Translations under genes and position numbers: made by a program | Notes under the pieces: generated by a model | Told to the model about the DNA's origin: nothing | Seen by the model: the letters and a program-made list of their open reading frames with translations, nothing else | Database searches by the model: none | Part shown: piece after piece, positions 28,443 through 38,966 of the stretch | Layout of the letters: every line of letters starts with the position of its first letter | Numbering within the stretch: position 1 is the first letter of the stretch | From: Pseudomonadota bacterium | GTDB taxonomy: Bacteria; Desulfobacterota; WTBG01; JAPLJA01 | Reading direction: 5' to 3' | DNA length: 64,000 nt | Assembly: GCA_026388815.1 (NCBI GenBank) | Contig: JAPLJA010000033.1 | Coordinates: 4,901-68,900, forward strand

Positions 28443-29678
28443 ATGGGAATCCGAAAAAGAGAAGACAGTATCAAAAGTCAATATAATAAAAGCAGGCTCA
28501 AATTTGACGAATCTACGTATCATTACAGTTCCGAAGAGAAAGAAAGGGAGTTTATCCAATCCCAGTTTTCCACCAAAGATGAGATGCGCCGGTATCAAGA
28601 ATACCGTAAGGAATGGCATCGCCGGTCTGATGAAATGGACCCTGGATCCTTTCCCCTTGCTGTCATCTGTGAGCTTGTCAGTGTTTGCAATTTGACATGC
28701 GAGATGTGTTACACACGGACGCCCGAGTTTCAAAAGACCATAGTCGGTAAACAGAGAATGCTTCCTTGGGACATTGTGGTTCAAATTATAGATGAATGTG
28801 TTGAATTAGGTGTATACAGTATGCTGTTCTCATGGCGCGGCGAATCCACTCTTTACCATTCAAAAGGTTCAGATGGAAAGTGGCATGATTTTGCCGATGT
28901 CTTAGCTTATGCTCGGCATAAAAAGATCCTTGAGATAACAAGCTTAACTAACGGCAGAGTTCTCAAAGACCTTCTGATTGAAAAAATTGTAAAAGCGCAG
29001 CCAAGCTGGCTTAGTTTCTCCATTGATGGTTTCGGAGATGATTATGGGAAAATTAGGAAATCACTGAAAATCGAAAAGATGAAGAGGCCATTCGATATTG
29101 TTGTCGATAATATTAAAAAAATGATAGAGGTAAGAAGAGTCCTTGGCTTAACCATGCCACAAATTAGGACAAACACAATCTACCCACCTATTTCCAATAA
29201 TCCTGAACGCTATCGTTTATTCATGGAAAGCATTGGCGTTGGTCTTGTAACTATAAACGAAATGCTTGATTACCGGGGTGCTGAGCTCCCGGAAGACGCA
29301 GTGATGGACGACTGGTTTTGCCAATATCCGTTTCAACGACTGGTCGTCAGTGCAAATGGTATGATCATGCCATGCCCAGGGGCACATAATGAAGATGACG
29401 AGGTAGTGATAGGAAGGTACGTTGGTATTCCTTATAAAAATATTGTCATTGAAGGTGTCACTAAAACTATTGAATATCCTGAGATTACCCTCAAGAAGGC
29501 GTGGGAAAGCGAAAAGGTAAAGCGTATCCGTAAGGTTCACCGAGAAGGCAAAAGAAAGGAGATTCAGGTATGTAAACACTGCAGACACGGAGCAAAGAAA
29601 CACGGCTATGCTTGGATTCCTGACGATTGGGACATGCAAGAAATGAGGTGGAAAGACAGAGTTTGGAGAAACGGTTAA
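28443..29678 (+). CDS. Radical SAM/SPASM protein
   Basis: CNLTCEMC, WRGES, TNG; CQYPF...PC...CKHC. Confidence 0.88.
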   Translation: MGIRKREDSIKSQYNKSRLKFDESTYHYSSEEKEREFIQSQFSTKDEMRRYQEYRKEWHRRSDEMDPGSFPLAVICELVSVCNLTCEMCYTRTPEFQKTIVGKQRMLPWDIVVQIIDECVELGVYSMLFSWRGESTLYHSKGSDGKWHDFADVLAYARHKKILEITSLTNGRVLKDLLIEKIVKAQPSWLSFSIDGFGDDYGKIRKSLKIEKMKRPFDIVVDNIKKMIEVRRVLGLTMPQIRTNTIYPPISNNPERYRLFMESIGVGLVTINEMLDYRGAELPEDAVMDDWFCQYPFQRLVVSANGMIMPCPGAHNEDDEVVIGRYVGIPYKNIVIEGVTKTIEYPEITLKKAWESEKVKRIRKVHREGKRKEIQVCKHCRHGAKKHGYAWIPDDWDMQEMRWKDRVWRNG

Positions 29679-29681
29679 AAA

Positions 29682-30548
29682 ATGAGAGTACAAACTACTT
29701 TTATTGGGAATGAATCACCCTTTCTTGATGCAATACAGAGGCATTCCGACCTCAAATATATTGTCTGCACGAAGATCAGTAGGAAGGCAAGAAAATTTTT
29801 CGGATCTGCTTTCAACTACGCCAAAGAACATAACATAAAGATTATTGAACCGGAAGAATTTACAGTACACCCTTGTCCGACTGATCTCATTATTGTAGCC
29901 GGTTATCCGAAATTGATACCTCGACATATTATTAACTACCCCCGTATTGGCATTATAAATATCCATATGTCGTTGCTCCCGGCATACAGAGGAAGACATC
30001 CACTTAACTGGGCCATAATTAACGGTGAACGTCAAACTGGGGTTACAATCCATCACATAAACGAAGATTTCGATGAGGGAAACATTATCTGTCAGCACAG
30101 AATCCCTATAAAAAACGATGATACTGTAATGGACGTTTATAAAAAAGCTGTCATAACGGGGAATCTGCTGATCAAAAGAACCTTTGATATAATCAGTCTT
30201 GATCACTTCAGGGGCATTCAGCAAGACAAACGCTTTGCCTCATATTACCCGCCTCGAAAGCCAAAAGACGGGAAAGTTAACTGGAGCGATACGGCTGTTA
30301 AAATCAGAAACCTGGTGCGTGCTTTGACTGAACCCTATCCAGGAGCTTATTTCTATTATCAAGGGGGAAAAATGATAGTTGACGAGGTTGAGGTCGTTCG
30401 TCTTCCAAAGCACAACGCTGAGAAAGGAAAACCTTTTTTGTTGGGAGGTTTTTATACTGTAAAAACAGGCGACGAATATTTAAAAATTATCAAACTCCGC
30501 AACCGGATACAAGAGCTTCCAAAACAACCACATGTTGTAAAGAGGTAA
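29682..30548 (+). CDS. N10-formyl-THF-dependent formyltransferase (Fmt/ArnA-like)
   Basis: INIHMSLLPAYRGRHP, TGVTIH, DEG, RALTEPYPGA. Confidence 0.9.
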   Translation: MRVQTTFIGNESPFLDAIQRHSDLKYIVCTKISRKARKFFGSAFNYAKEHNIKIIEPEEFTVHPCPTDLIIVAGYPKLIPRHIINYPRIGIINIHMSLLPAYRGRHPLNWAIINGERQTGVTIHHINEDFDEGNIICQHRIPIKNDDTVMDVYKKAVITGNLLIKRTFDIISLDHFRGIQQDKRFASYYPPRKPKDGKVNWSDTAVKIRNLVRALTEPYPGAYFYYQGGKMIVDEVEVVRLPKHNAEKGKPFLLGGFYTVKTGDEYLKIIKLRNRIQELPKQPHVVKR

Positions 30549-30554
30549 AACACG

Positions 30555-31607
30555 ATGGTCAAACGAATAAAAGAAAACAAGCTGCAGTTTGACATGGATA
30601 CCGGTTGGAAGAGTTTTAGGAACCATTTCAGACGGGGCCATGGGCATATGGTTGCTTATTTATGGAACCGTTTTCAGTGGAACTATTTTTATCGCCTTGG
30701 CATTGTTCCAAAGTTTCCACTTAATGTCGATATTGAGTCCTCAAGTAGGTGCAATATACAGTGCGAACATTGTTTTAGACAATATATGGACATGCATGAA
30801 TCTGATTTCATGCCCATGCCGCTTTATAAAAAAATAGTTGATGAATGCGCGCGGTACAATCTTTTTACTTTAAAATTCAGCATGCGTGGCGAGCCTACCC
30901 TGAATCGGGAAATAGTCTCAATGGTATCCTATGCAAAGCAAAAGGGGATCAAAGAGGTATGGATAAACACCAACGGCAGCCTTTTAACAGAGGATATGGC
31001 AGAAGGATTCATCAAAGCCGGACTTGACTGCCTGACGGTTTCATTTGACGGCTTAGGAAAAATGTATGAACGTATTCGGACTCCTCTGAAATATGAAGAG
31101 GCTCTTGCCCGCATAAAAATGTTTGCAGAAGTTAGAAAATATTTAAAGGTACAGAAACCGATTTTTAAAGTGCAGAGTATCTGGTCGGCCATAAAAGAAA
31201 ACCCCGAGGAGTATCTGAATATCGTGGGGAATATTGCAGATAAGGTATCTTACAACATTAACTTTGATTATGAAAACATTCATTTTATCCCTGATCCTAA
31301 TTATGTTTGCTATCGCCTCTGGCAGAGAATTGCCATTACAAGCACCGGTGACGTCCTGAAGTGTCCATCGGATTTTAAGAAGAAAGAAGTTTTGGGCAAT
31401 GCTCAAGACCGCTCCATAAAGGAAATCTGGGATAGTAAGCAGGAAGAAGAACGAAAACGCCACCTCGGAGGCAAAAGGCTCGAGTCGCTTGTTTGCAAAG
31501 AGTGCCATCATGGAGCTACTATTATCAGGGATGAAAAGGCTTATTCGGGAAGGAAACACGAGGTAAACGAAGTTTTGTATGAAGAGCCTACTACTGTTTC
31601 CCGATGA
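30555..31607 (+). CDS. Radical SAM/SPASM protein
   Basis: FPLNVDIE..CNIQCEHC, RGEP, NTNG; CYRLWQR...C...CKEC. Confidence 0.9.
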   Translation: MVKRIKENKLQFDMDTGWKSFRNHFRRGHGHMVAYLWNRFQWNYFYRLGIVPKFPLNVDIESSSRCNIQCEHCFRQYMDMHESDFMPMPLYKKIVDECARYNLFTLKFSMRGEPTLNREIVSMVSYAKQKGIKEVWINTNGSLLTEDMAEGFIKAGLDCLTVSFDGLGKMYERIRTPLKYEEALARIKMFAEVRKYLKVQKPIFKVQSIWSAIKENPEEYLNIVGNIADKVSYNINFDYENIHFIPDPNYVCYRLWQRIAITSTGDVLKCPSDFKKKEVLGNAQDRSIKEIWDSKQEEERKRHLGGKRLESLVCKECHHGATIIRDEKAYSGRKHEVNEVLYEEPTTVSR

Positions 31608-31699
31608 CATGATTTTAATGTGAATCATCAAGGCAGACACTTTAGAGAGTCACCAGATATTTTAGATATGGAGACAAAAAAAACTCAAAGGAGCAATAC

Positions 31700-33166
31700 T
31701 TGAGAGTACTGTTGATATATCCGTCACGGGTTGGAAGAGGCAACATTCCCATTAATATCCCTATCTTACAGGCTGTTTTAAAGCGTGAGGGGCATGAGGT
31801 CATGATTTTTGACGCCAACAGCTACCGATGGACCCAGTGGGGTATGCTACAAACCAAGATGGGGATGTTTAAAAAGACGGACGAAGACAAATATAATCAA
31901 ATGCTTTTCAAAACTGATATATATATAGATTTCGCGGGCCTCCTGAAAGAATTCTCTCCTCACGTTGTAGCGGTATCCTGCCTGACGACGGATTTCCCTT
32001 TTTCTTTAGTTCTGATACGCATAGCAAAAAAGATAGACCCATCGATAATATCATTGTACGGCGGGATTCATCCCACGATTGCGCCGGACCAAGTCATATC
32101 GCATCCGGAGGTCGATTATGTTTGTATCGGTGAAGGAGAGGATACGATTGTCGAATTCATAGATCGACTTGAGCACGGGAAGGATTTCTATACGGTAAGA
32201 AATATCGTGGGGAAAAAGGGAGACAGGGTTATCAAAAACGAGATGCGTCCACTCGTTTCGCTGAACGATATTCCATTCCAGGATTTTTCGGGATTCGAAG
32301 AGTTTCATTTCTATCGTCCATTTGATGGTAAGGTTTATAAAATGGCAAGCATTGAAGTAAGCCGGGGTTGTTTGTTCCCTTGCTCTTACTGCGTCAATCA
32401 CTCTCTAAGAGGTATCTATAAAGGCCTAGGCACATATCGCCGTGTTAAAGCAATTCAGCGAGCCATAGACGAAATCGTTTTTCTCAAAAATACGTATAAT
32501 TTTGAATTTATCCGCTTTTGGGACGAAGACTTTACGTCTCACCGCATGGAATTCCTCAAGGAGTTCTCCCAAGAATACATCGAGAAAGTGCACTTACCGT
32601 TCTTGGTCTATGCACGCTGCGAGACGATTACCGATGAAAAGGTTGAGATTCTCAAAGACATGGGGTGCAAAACATTTGCTGTTGGCATAGAATCAGGGAA
32701 TGAATGGATACGTAAGAACATTTTAAATCGGAATGTTTCGGACCAAACTATTGTTGAAAAAATAAATATCATACACAAGCATGACGTGAGGGTATCCGCG
32801 TACAATATGATAGGATTGCCCTTTGAAACACGCCAGGCGATCTTTGACACGATAGATCTCAATAGGGCAAGCAAAACAGCAACCTCGTCTGTCGTATTTC
32901 TTGAACCTTATCCTGCAACAAAAATTATGGATATGCTGGTTCAGGAGAATCTTATTTCCTCCAACTATATTGCAGAATACAGAATGAATGAACCGCATTT
33001 CATTCCCAAAGGCATGACAAAGCAGGAACTGATAGGATTACTAAAGACCTTCCCCCTCTACCTGAAACTGCCTCACTATATGTTCCCGCTCATAAAAATA
33101 TGTGAAGGCGAAGGCTTCCTCCCAAATATGGTTCAAAGTCTCTTAAGTAATATCTATTTAAAATAG
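31700..33166 (+). CDS. B12-binding radical SAM protein
   Basis: GGIHPT, IGEGE, SRGCLFPCSYC, GIESGN, PYP.T; TTG start after AGGAG. Confidence 0.9.
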   Translation: MRVLLIYPSRVGRGNIPINIPILQAVLKREGHEVMIFDANSYRWTQWGMLQTKMGMFKKTDEDKYNQMLFKTDIYIDFAGLLKEFSPHVVAVSCLTTDFPFSLVLIRIAKKIDPSIISLYGGIHPTIAPDQVISHPEVDYVCIGEGEDTIVEFIDRLEHGKDFYTVRNIVGKKGDRVIKNEMRPLVSLNDIPFQDFSGFEEFHFYRPFDGKVYKMASIEVSRGCLFPCSYCVNHSLRGIYKGLGTYRRVKAIQRAIDEIVFLKNTYNFEFIRFWDEDFTSHRMEFLKEFSQEYIEKVHLPFLVYARCETITDEKVEILKDMGCKTFAVGIESGNEWIRKNILNRNVSDQTIVEKINIIHKHDVRVSAYNMIGLPFETRQAIFDTIDLNRASKTATSSVVFLEPYPATKIMDMLVQENLISSNYIAEYRMNEPHFIPKGMTKQELIGLLKTFPLYLKLPHYMFPLIKICEGEGFLPNMVQSLLSNIYLK

Positions 33167-33189
33167 TGTTTTTTAATGAGGGAGCGTTA

Positions 33190-34212
33190 ATGAATTTAAA
33201 CCAAATACAAGAAAAGATAAAGGACAGCAGGCTGTTCAGGAAGAGGCGATTACAGTCAAGAATTCCCTTAGAATTCCCCATGGTGCTCAATGTTGAGCTA
33301 ACCAACAGGTGTACAGAGAACTGCATCTGGTGCCCCCGCGACAGCATGGATAGAACGCAGGGATTCATGGAAGTGACTCTTTTTAAAAAGATTATCGATG
33401 AAGCAAGTCTCTATCCAAAACTCAGGAAATTGTTCGTTCATTGGATGGGAGAGCCGCTGCTACATCCGGACTTTCTCGAATGTATAAAATACGCCAGCTC
33501 AAAAAAAGTTGCTGAAATGATACTGATTGCAACCAACGGCGTACTGCTTACGGAAAAAATAATGAAAGGGCTCATCGAAACGAAGGTCGATGAGCTCTAT
33601 ATCAGTATCGACGCAGCCAGTTCTGGACGATATGAGCAATTGAAGCATACCAAACATTTTGAGAATATAAAACATAACATCGAGCACGCAGTGGCGCTTA
33701 AGAAACAATTGAAGGTAAAACTACCCTTCATCAGGGTCAAGTTCCTCGAAACCGACCTGAATGCTGATCAGATCGAAGCATTCAAACAACAGTGGCGCAA
33801 GAATGCAGATTCGGTTTTTATCGAAAAGGATCTCAGCATTTGGGATGGCAAAAGCCAAAAAGTGAACGCAAACATCAAAGGAATGAAAAGTTATTTAAAG
33901 AATTACGGTGAGTTAGAGAGCCGTTACCCTTGTGACAGAATCTGGTATTTGTTGGCGGTTCAGTGGAACGGAAAGGTCTCCCCGTGTGTCTGTGATTGGA
34001 ACGGAGAAAATGCCGTTGGAGATTCAAATATCCAGACCTTAAGAGAAATCTGGTATGGCAATGAGCTTAAAAACTATAGATATCACCATGTGAACCATGC
34101 ATATGATCGGCTGCCATTATGCGACGCTTGTGACAGGTGGGGTACAAGACACATGGGGGACTGGCTTATGAAGCACAAAGAAAAGGCCCTTTCAGTTCCT
34201 GACGGAAGATAA
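33190..34212 (+). CDS. Radical SAM/SPASM protein
   Basis: ELTNRCTENCIWC, MGEPLLH, TNG; PC...PCVCD...CDAC. Confidence 0.9.
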   Translation: MNLNQIQEKIKDSRLFRKRRLQSRIPLEFPMVLNVELTNRCTENCIWCPRDSMDRTQGFMEVTLFKKIIDEASLYPKLRKLFVHWMGEPLLHPDFLECIKYASSKKVAEMILIATNGVLLTEKIMKGLIETKVDELYISIDAASSGRYEQLKHTKHFENIKHNIEHAVALKKQLKVKLPFIRVKFLETDLNADQIEAFKQQWRKNADSVFIEKDLSIWDGKSQKVNANIKGMKSYLKNYGELESRYPCDRIWYLLAVQWNGKVSPCVCDWNGENAVGDSNIQTLREIWYGNELKNYRYHHVNHAYDRLPLCDACDRWGTRHMGDWLMKHKEKALSVPDGR

Positions 34213-34252
34213 AAGCGGTAATGTATAAAGCTCACAGCAATAATTACGGGAT

Positions 34253-34984
34253 GTGATGAAAAAGGACACAACAAAAGTAAAATGGGACAATGCCTACCGT
34301 TTAGGGATGACTATGTGGTATCCCTCTGAGTGTTTAATACGGTTCATGGCTAAAAATTTCAAAAAACAAATAGGCATAAAAGAATATAAGACAATACGAC
34401 CTGCCGAAACCATTCTTGATTTGGGATGTGGGAACGGTGCAAATGTATTATTTTTCAATAGGCTCGGATATCGAGCATACGGCGTTGATATCTCTCGGGT
34501 TGCAGTTGATTTAGGGAATAAACTGTTGGCCGAAAACGGATTTAAGGAGACACTTATTTGCATAGACATGGAGCATCTGTCGTTTGAGAATAATTACTAT
34601 GATATTGTCGTATCCCACGCGGCTCTTGATCATATCCTCTATAGTCAATACCTGAAAGTAATAAAGAACATAAAGACAATGCTCAAAAATGGTGGATTCC
34701 TTTTTATAACGCTCAGAAGTACCGAAGGCTTCGATTATGAAAGCAAGACAGCGACCAAAGTTGAGCCCCGCACTTTGATTACAGGTGATAAAAAAGCTCT
34801 GAATTCCCCTTTTGAAAATCCTTATGAAAAAGGGATACCACAGCATTTCTTTACTTTTGAGGAAATTATGGAATCCCTTTCGGACTTTTCAATTATTACT
34901 ATAGAAAAAAATGTCGAATCTAGTGGCCCTGACTCAGAGTTCGTAGATGGACGTTGGTTCATAACAGCGCAACTTGCGAAATAG
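34253..34984 (+). CDS. Class I SAM-dependent methyltransferase
   Basis: ILDLGCGNG, GVDIS, LKNGG. Confidence 0.88.
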   Translation: MMKKDTTKVKWDNAYRLGMTMWYPSECLIRFMAKNFKKQIGIKEYKTIRPAETILDLGCGNGANVLFFNRLGYRAYGVDISRVAVDLGNKLLAENGFKETLICIDMEHLSFENNYYDIVVSHAALDHILYSQYLKVIKNIKTMLKNGGFLFITLRSTEGFDYESKTATKVEPRTLITGDKKALNSPFENPYEKGIPQHFFTFEEIMESLSDFSIITIEKNVESSGPDSEFVDGRWFITAQLAK

Positions 34985-34991
34985 GAGGCTT

Positions 34992-35687
34992 ATGAAAAAC
35001 GTTAACAAAGAGAAATGGGATGAAATATACAAAATTAAAAAGCAAAAGGGAAGTTTTAATAAATACCCCACCGAACATATCGTAGTTTTTATTGCGAAGA
35101 ACTACTACAAGGCATCTGACCGTTCAGCGATAAAAATTCTTGAAATAGGGTGCGGATCAGGATGCACACTTACCTATCTTGCTAAAGAGGGGTTTGACGC
35201 TTATGGTGTAGATCATTCTGAATATGCTATCGAGATGTCAAAAGAGTTCTTGTTGATAAACCAATGCAGTGCACAAGTCTCGGTTCAATGTGCAACAGTT
35301 TTACCATATGCTGATAACTTTTTCCATGCCTGTGTTGAAAGCAATAGTATTCATTGTAATACAACTGAGGATATACGGCTAATGATGATTGAAATACACA
35401 GGGTGTTGCGACCAGGAGGAAAGTTTTTTGGTATTTTTGTATCCGATCGCTCAGATGAATTCGGCAAGGGCCGGATGATCGATGTATCGACATTTGATTT
35501 CAGCAATACGACGACCTTTCGCGGACAATTTGATGGGTTTCCGGTAATCCATTTCTTCTCACGAGATGAAATATTGGACTTGGCTGGCTGCTTTTCCTCA
35601 TGCAAGCTCGAACTCGATATTACGACCATTGAGACAGGCAGTCACAGAAGTCCCTTGGGATACTGGCTTGTAGAGTTAAGAAAATAA
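34992..35687 (+). CDS. Class I SAM-dependent methyltransferase
   Basis: ILEIGCGSG, GVDHS, RVLRPGG; GGAGG upstream. Confidence 0.9.
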   Translation: MKNVNKEKWDEIYKIKKQKGSFNKYPTEHIVVFIAKNYYKASDRSAIKILEIGCGSGCTLTYLAKEGFDAYGVDHSEYAIEMSKEFLLINQCSAQVSVQCATVLPYADNFFHACVESNSIHCNTTEDIRLMMIEIHRVLRPGGKFFGIFVSDRSDEFGKGRMIDVSTFDFSNTTTFRGQFDGFPVIHFFSRDEILDLAGCFSSCKLELDITTIETGSHRSPLGYWLVELRK

Positions 35688-35738
35688 TAGCTGTGTATTA
35701 CTCGATATTATTTGCTCACCATCTCAAGTTATAAATTC

Positions 35739-37292
35739 ATGAACGTTCTTCTCATTAACTTGCAGAATTCCGGGTCGCGTCTCGGCTACGCCGGACTCTT
35801 TTTCCCTTTTGGTATGGCGTACATATCGGCAGTCCTGAAAAAGCACGGCCTTGTTGTGGATTGTTTAGACCTTCACACCGAAAAGATACTCCAAGAAGAA
35901 GCTTTCAACAGCTGGGCTGAAGTAAGCCGTTTTGACATTGCGAAGTATGACATTGTTGCGTTTGGGGGAACTTTTTTGAAATTCGAGGAGTTAAAACACC
36001 TTTCAGAAAAAATATACCAGACCAATAATAATATTTTTCAGGTTGCAGGCGGCAATATGGCGACGATTATCTCTGAAATCATCCTCCGACAGACACGGGT
36101 CAATTGTGTCTGCCTCTATGAAGGGGAAGAAACAATCATCGAATTGCTGAACTTGATAAAAAACAATAAAAACTGGAGAGAAACCAAAAGCATCAATTAC
36201 CTAGACGAACGGCATGAATTGGTGCAGACCCCTCTTCGGGACAAAATAAAACTATTGGACTCCATCCCTTTTCCCGACAGGAGCGGATGGTCGTTCGGTC
36301 TCATCAGAAGGGCATTCCCGTATGGTTCCCCGGGGCGCTATTGCGCTATAATGTTTGCAAGTAGAGGATGTCCATTCACCTGCATCTTTTGTAACCCTAT
36401 TTCGGGAAGGATTGTCAGGAGCCGTTCATCTGAAAACATTGTAGAAGAGATCATCTTCCTTAAAAATAATTGGAATATACGGTACTTCAGGTTTTTTGAT
36501 GAAGTCTTCATCGGGTCGAAACAAAAGATCAAAAATTTGTGCGAATTGATGATCAAAGAAAAACTTGATGTTTTTTGGTGGTGCCAGACCCAAATAAAGT
36601 TCGTTGATGAAGAACTCCTGCGATTGATGAAACGGGCGGGGTGTATAGAAATAGGCTATGGTATAGAATCGGGGAGTAATATCATCCTTACAGAGATGAA
36701 TAAGGGGATTACGAAAAAGCTTGCAAAAGAGGTTGTAGAAATGACCAATCGGGTGGGCATAAAACCTTCCTTAAATCTTATTACGGGAACACCATCAGAA
36801 ACGCCTCAAACACTGCAGGAAACAAAGGAATTTTTAATATCGCTCAATCATATAAAGTGGTCACAAGTACCTACCATTGACTTTATAATTCCCATTCCAA
36901 ACACAAAACTCTATACTATCGCAAAAGAGAAGGGCTTTTTAAAGAATGAGGAAAAATACTTAACAGAAGATATGTTTATGATGGATAAATACTCAAAAAC
37001 TATTAACTTAACACAAATGCCTGACAAAGATTTCTTCGATCTTGTGGCTCAATGTAACAACGAAGTCAGAGTCGACTTCCTCAGAAAGCACCCCTTCAAA
37101 AGGCTTAGCTCGTTATTAGGTCTCGATCATCTGCGAATGGGTCTTATTTTTCGAAACTTTTCCCTCAGTCAGATAGTGCCGCTTACGGAAGCGCTGCTCT
37201 ATGCTACCCTCGGTAAGAAGAAAAACATACTTGGGAAGTGGGTTCTCTGTTGGATTTATAGGAGACAAGATGGTCGCAGTGCAAGATCTTGA
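35739..37292 (+). CDS. B12-binding radical SAM protein
   Basis: PFGMAYISAVL, YEGEE, SRGCPFTCIFC, GIESGS. Confidence 0.9.
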   Translation: MNVLLINLQNSGSRLGYAGLFFPFGMAYISAVLKKHGLVVDCLDLHTEKILQEEAFNSWAEVSRFDIAKYDIVAFGGTFLKFEELKHLSEKIYQTNNNIFQVAGGNMATIISEIILRQTRVNCVCLYEGEETIIELLNLIKNNKNWRETKSINYLDERHELVQTPLRDKIKLLDSIPFPDRSGWSFGLIRRAFPYGSPGRYCAIMFASRGCPFTCIFCNPISGRIVRSRSSENIVEEIIFLKNNWNIRYFRFFDEVFIGSKQKIKNLCELMIKEKLDVFWWCQTQIKFVDEELLRLMKRAGCIEIGYGIESGSNIILTEMNKGITKKLAKEVVEMTNRVGIKPSLNLITGTPSETPQTLQETKEFLISLNHIKWSQVPTIDFIIPIPNTKLYTIAKEKGFLKNEEKYLTEDMFMMDKYSKTINLTQMPDKDFFDLVAQCNNEVRVDFLRKHPFKRLSSLLGLDHLRMGLIFRNFSLSQIVPLTEALLYATLGKKKNILGKWVLCWIYRRQDGRSARS

Positions 37293-38172
37293 GTACACCC
37301 ACTGTTACTTTTGCGGTGAAAATAAAACCAGCCCACTTTACAGTATAAAAGGGTTCAGGGGTGATCCGCGCAGTTTTAGTGTCGTACAATGTGCTGTCTG
37401 TTCGTTAGTTTATATTAATCCTCGATACTCTGAAGAAGAAAATTTGGCCTTATATCGGGATGCCTATTATGCAAACAGTGCTGTAGACCCTTCTGGTAAG
37501 ATCCGGAGTTTTTTGACCGACAAGGAAAACAAGATCAAGGATCACAAAATTGAAGTCTCATATATAAAAAAATACAAGGGGGGCGGCAGAATACTCGACG
37601 TTGGTACTGCAGCAGGTTTCTTTCTTGAAGCCTTGGATGGTCCGTGGGTAAAATATGGGGTCGATATTTCAGCATTTGCCCTCAGTCACATAAAAGATTC
37701 TGCAGTTCAAATGTTCCACGGTACATTGCTTGAAGCACACTACGATGATAATTATTTTGATGTTATCTATGTTGGTCACACCCTCGATCGACTCATAGAT
37801 ATGAAACAAAACATAGCGGAAATGAAACGCATTCTAAAGAAAGATGGTATCATATTGGTAACTATTCCGAACATCAATTCTTTGTGTGCCAGGCTATTTA
37901 AAGAGAAATTCAGACTGCTCTATTCGAACCACTTAATCTATTTCTCAACAAAGACACTTGGTTCTTTCCTTCATGAAGTTGGATTATACATACAGGATGT
38001 TAAATATCCTTTTTATAGGACCTCATTTTTTTCATGGAAAGAATTACATAAAAATATCGCCAAAATAATATTACAGAAGCTCTGTAACACAATGCATATA
38101 AAAACAAATATGGTCTCTCCCCCTTTTTGGGGAAATGTAATGAGTGTGGTTATTGGGGTGCGAAGTGCGTGA
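37270..38172 (+). CDS. SAM-dependent methyltransferase with N-terminal Zn-ribbon
   Basis: CYFC...CAVC.LVYINPR, ILDVGTAAG. Confidence 0.85.
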   Translation: MVAVQDLEYTHCYFCGENKTSPLYSIKGFRGDPRSFSVVQCAVCSLVYINPRYSEEENLALYRDAYYANSAVDPSGKIRSFLTDKENKIKDHKIEVSYIKKYKGGGRILDVGTAAGFFLEALDGPWVKYGVDISAFALSHIKDSAVQMFHGTLLEAHYDDNYFDVIYVGHTLDRLIDMKQNIAEMKRILKKDGIILVTIPNINSLCARLFKEKFRLLYSNHLIYFSTKTLGSFLHEVGLYIQDVKYPFYRTSFFSWKELHKNIAKIILQKLCNTMHIKTNMVSPPFWGNVMSVVIGVRSA

Positions 38173-38947
38173 CGGGGGAAAAAGTTACTGGAAAAACTTC
38201 TTGGGAATCCCGCGTTATAAAATTGATTGGTTTTTTAAATGTTACATACATAAAGTGTTTGGGATTACGTTTGACAAGCTTCACGACCAGAGACAGTACT
38301 GGAATAGTCGGGGCGCAGGATATTTTGAAGAGGTTTTCCAGTCTCAGCATTATACCTATGAGATCTTTTTTCAAGACATGTTTATTAACGAACTAAGGTC
38401 GCTTAGTTTTGAAAACTTCTTTGAGGCAGGATGCGGTTTTGGATGGAACGTAAAAAGAGTAAAACAGGAGTTTCCTAATGTAAAGATTGAGGGGATAGAT
38501 TTCAGTATGCCGCAATTAATGAATAGCAAGATTTATCTGCCTCATATCTATATGCCTGCCGTCCAGGGAGACGCATGCTTAATGCCATTCAAAGACAAGG
38601 CCTTCGATATTGGTTTTACCCTCGGTGTCTTTATGAATATCCATCCTGCCAAGATAGAAAAAGCCATTGATGAGATGATTCGAGTAAGTAAAAAATATAT
38701 TATTCATCTTGAATGGGACCAAGATAATACCAAACCTGCCTTAAGAGAAAAAAGAATTTTTAAAACTAATATTATTTCACATAACTACAGGTGTCTTTAT
38801 GAACAGAGGGGGAAAAGGATTATAAAGTTTAAAACATATAAGGATTTTGAGGAGAGTTTCAATAAAAGATTTAAGTCAACCAAAGTATCTACGTGGGAGC
38901 AGTTTGAAGGACCGGAGAAATATATTCTGCTTGTCGTGGAGCTATAA
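38165..38947 (+). CDS. Class I SAM-dependent methyltransferase
   Basis: FEAGCGFG, GIDFS, QGDA; start uncertain (38144 or 38165). Confidence 0.8.
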   Translation: MRDGGKSYWKNFLGIPRYKIDWFFKCYIHKVFGITFDKLHDQRQYWNSRGAGYFEEVFQSQHYTYEIFFQDMFINELRSLSFENFFEAGCGFGWNVKRVKQEFPNVKIEGIDFSMPQLMNSKIYLPHIYMPAVQGDACLMPFKDKAFDIGFTLGVFMNIHPAKIEKAIDEMIRVSKKYIIHLEWDQDNTKPALREKRIFKTNIISHNYRCLYEQRGKRIIKFKTYKDFEESFNKRFKSTKVSTWEQFEGPEKYILLVVEL

Positions 38948-38966
38948 GCGGACATCGTAAAAAATA

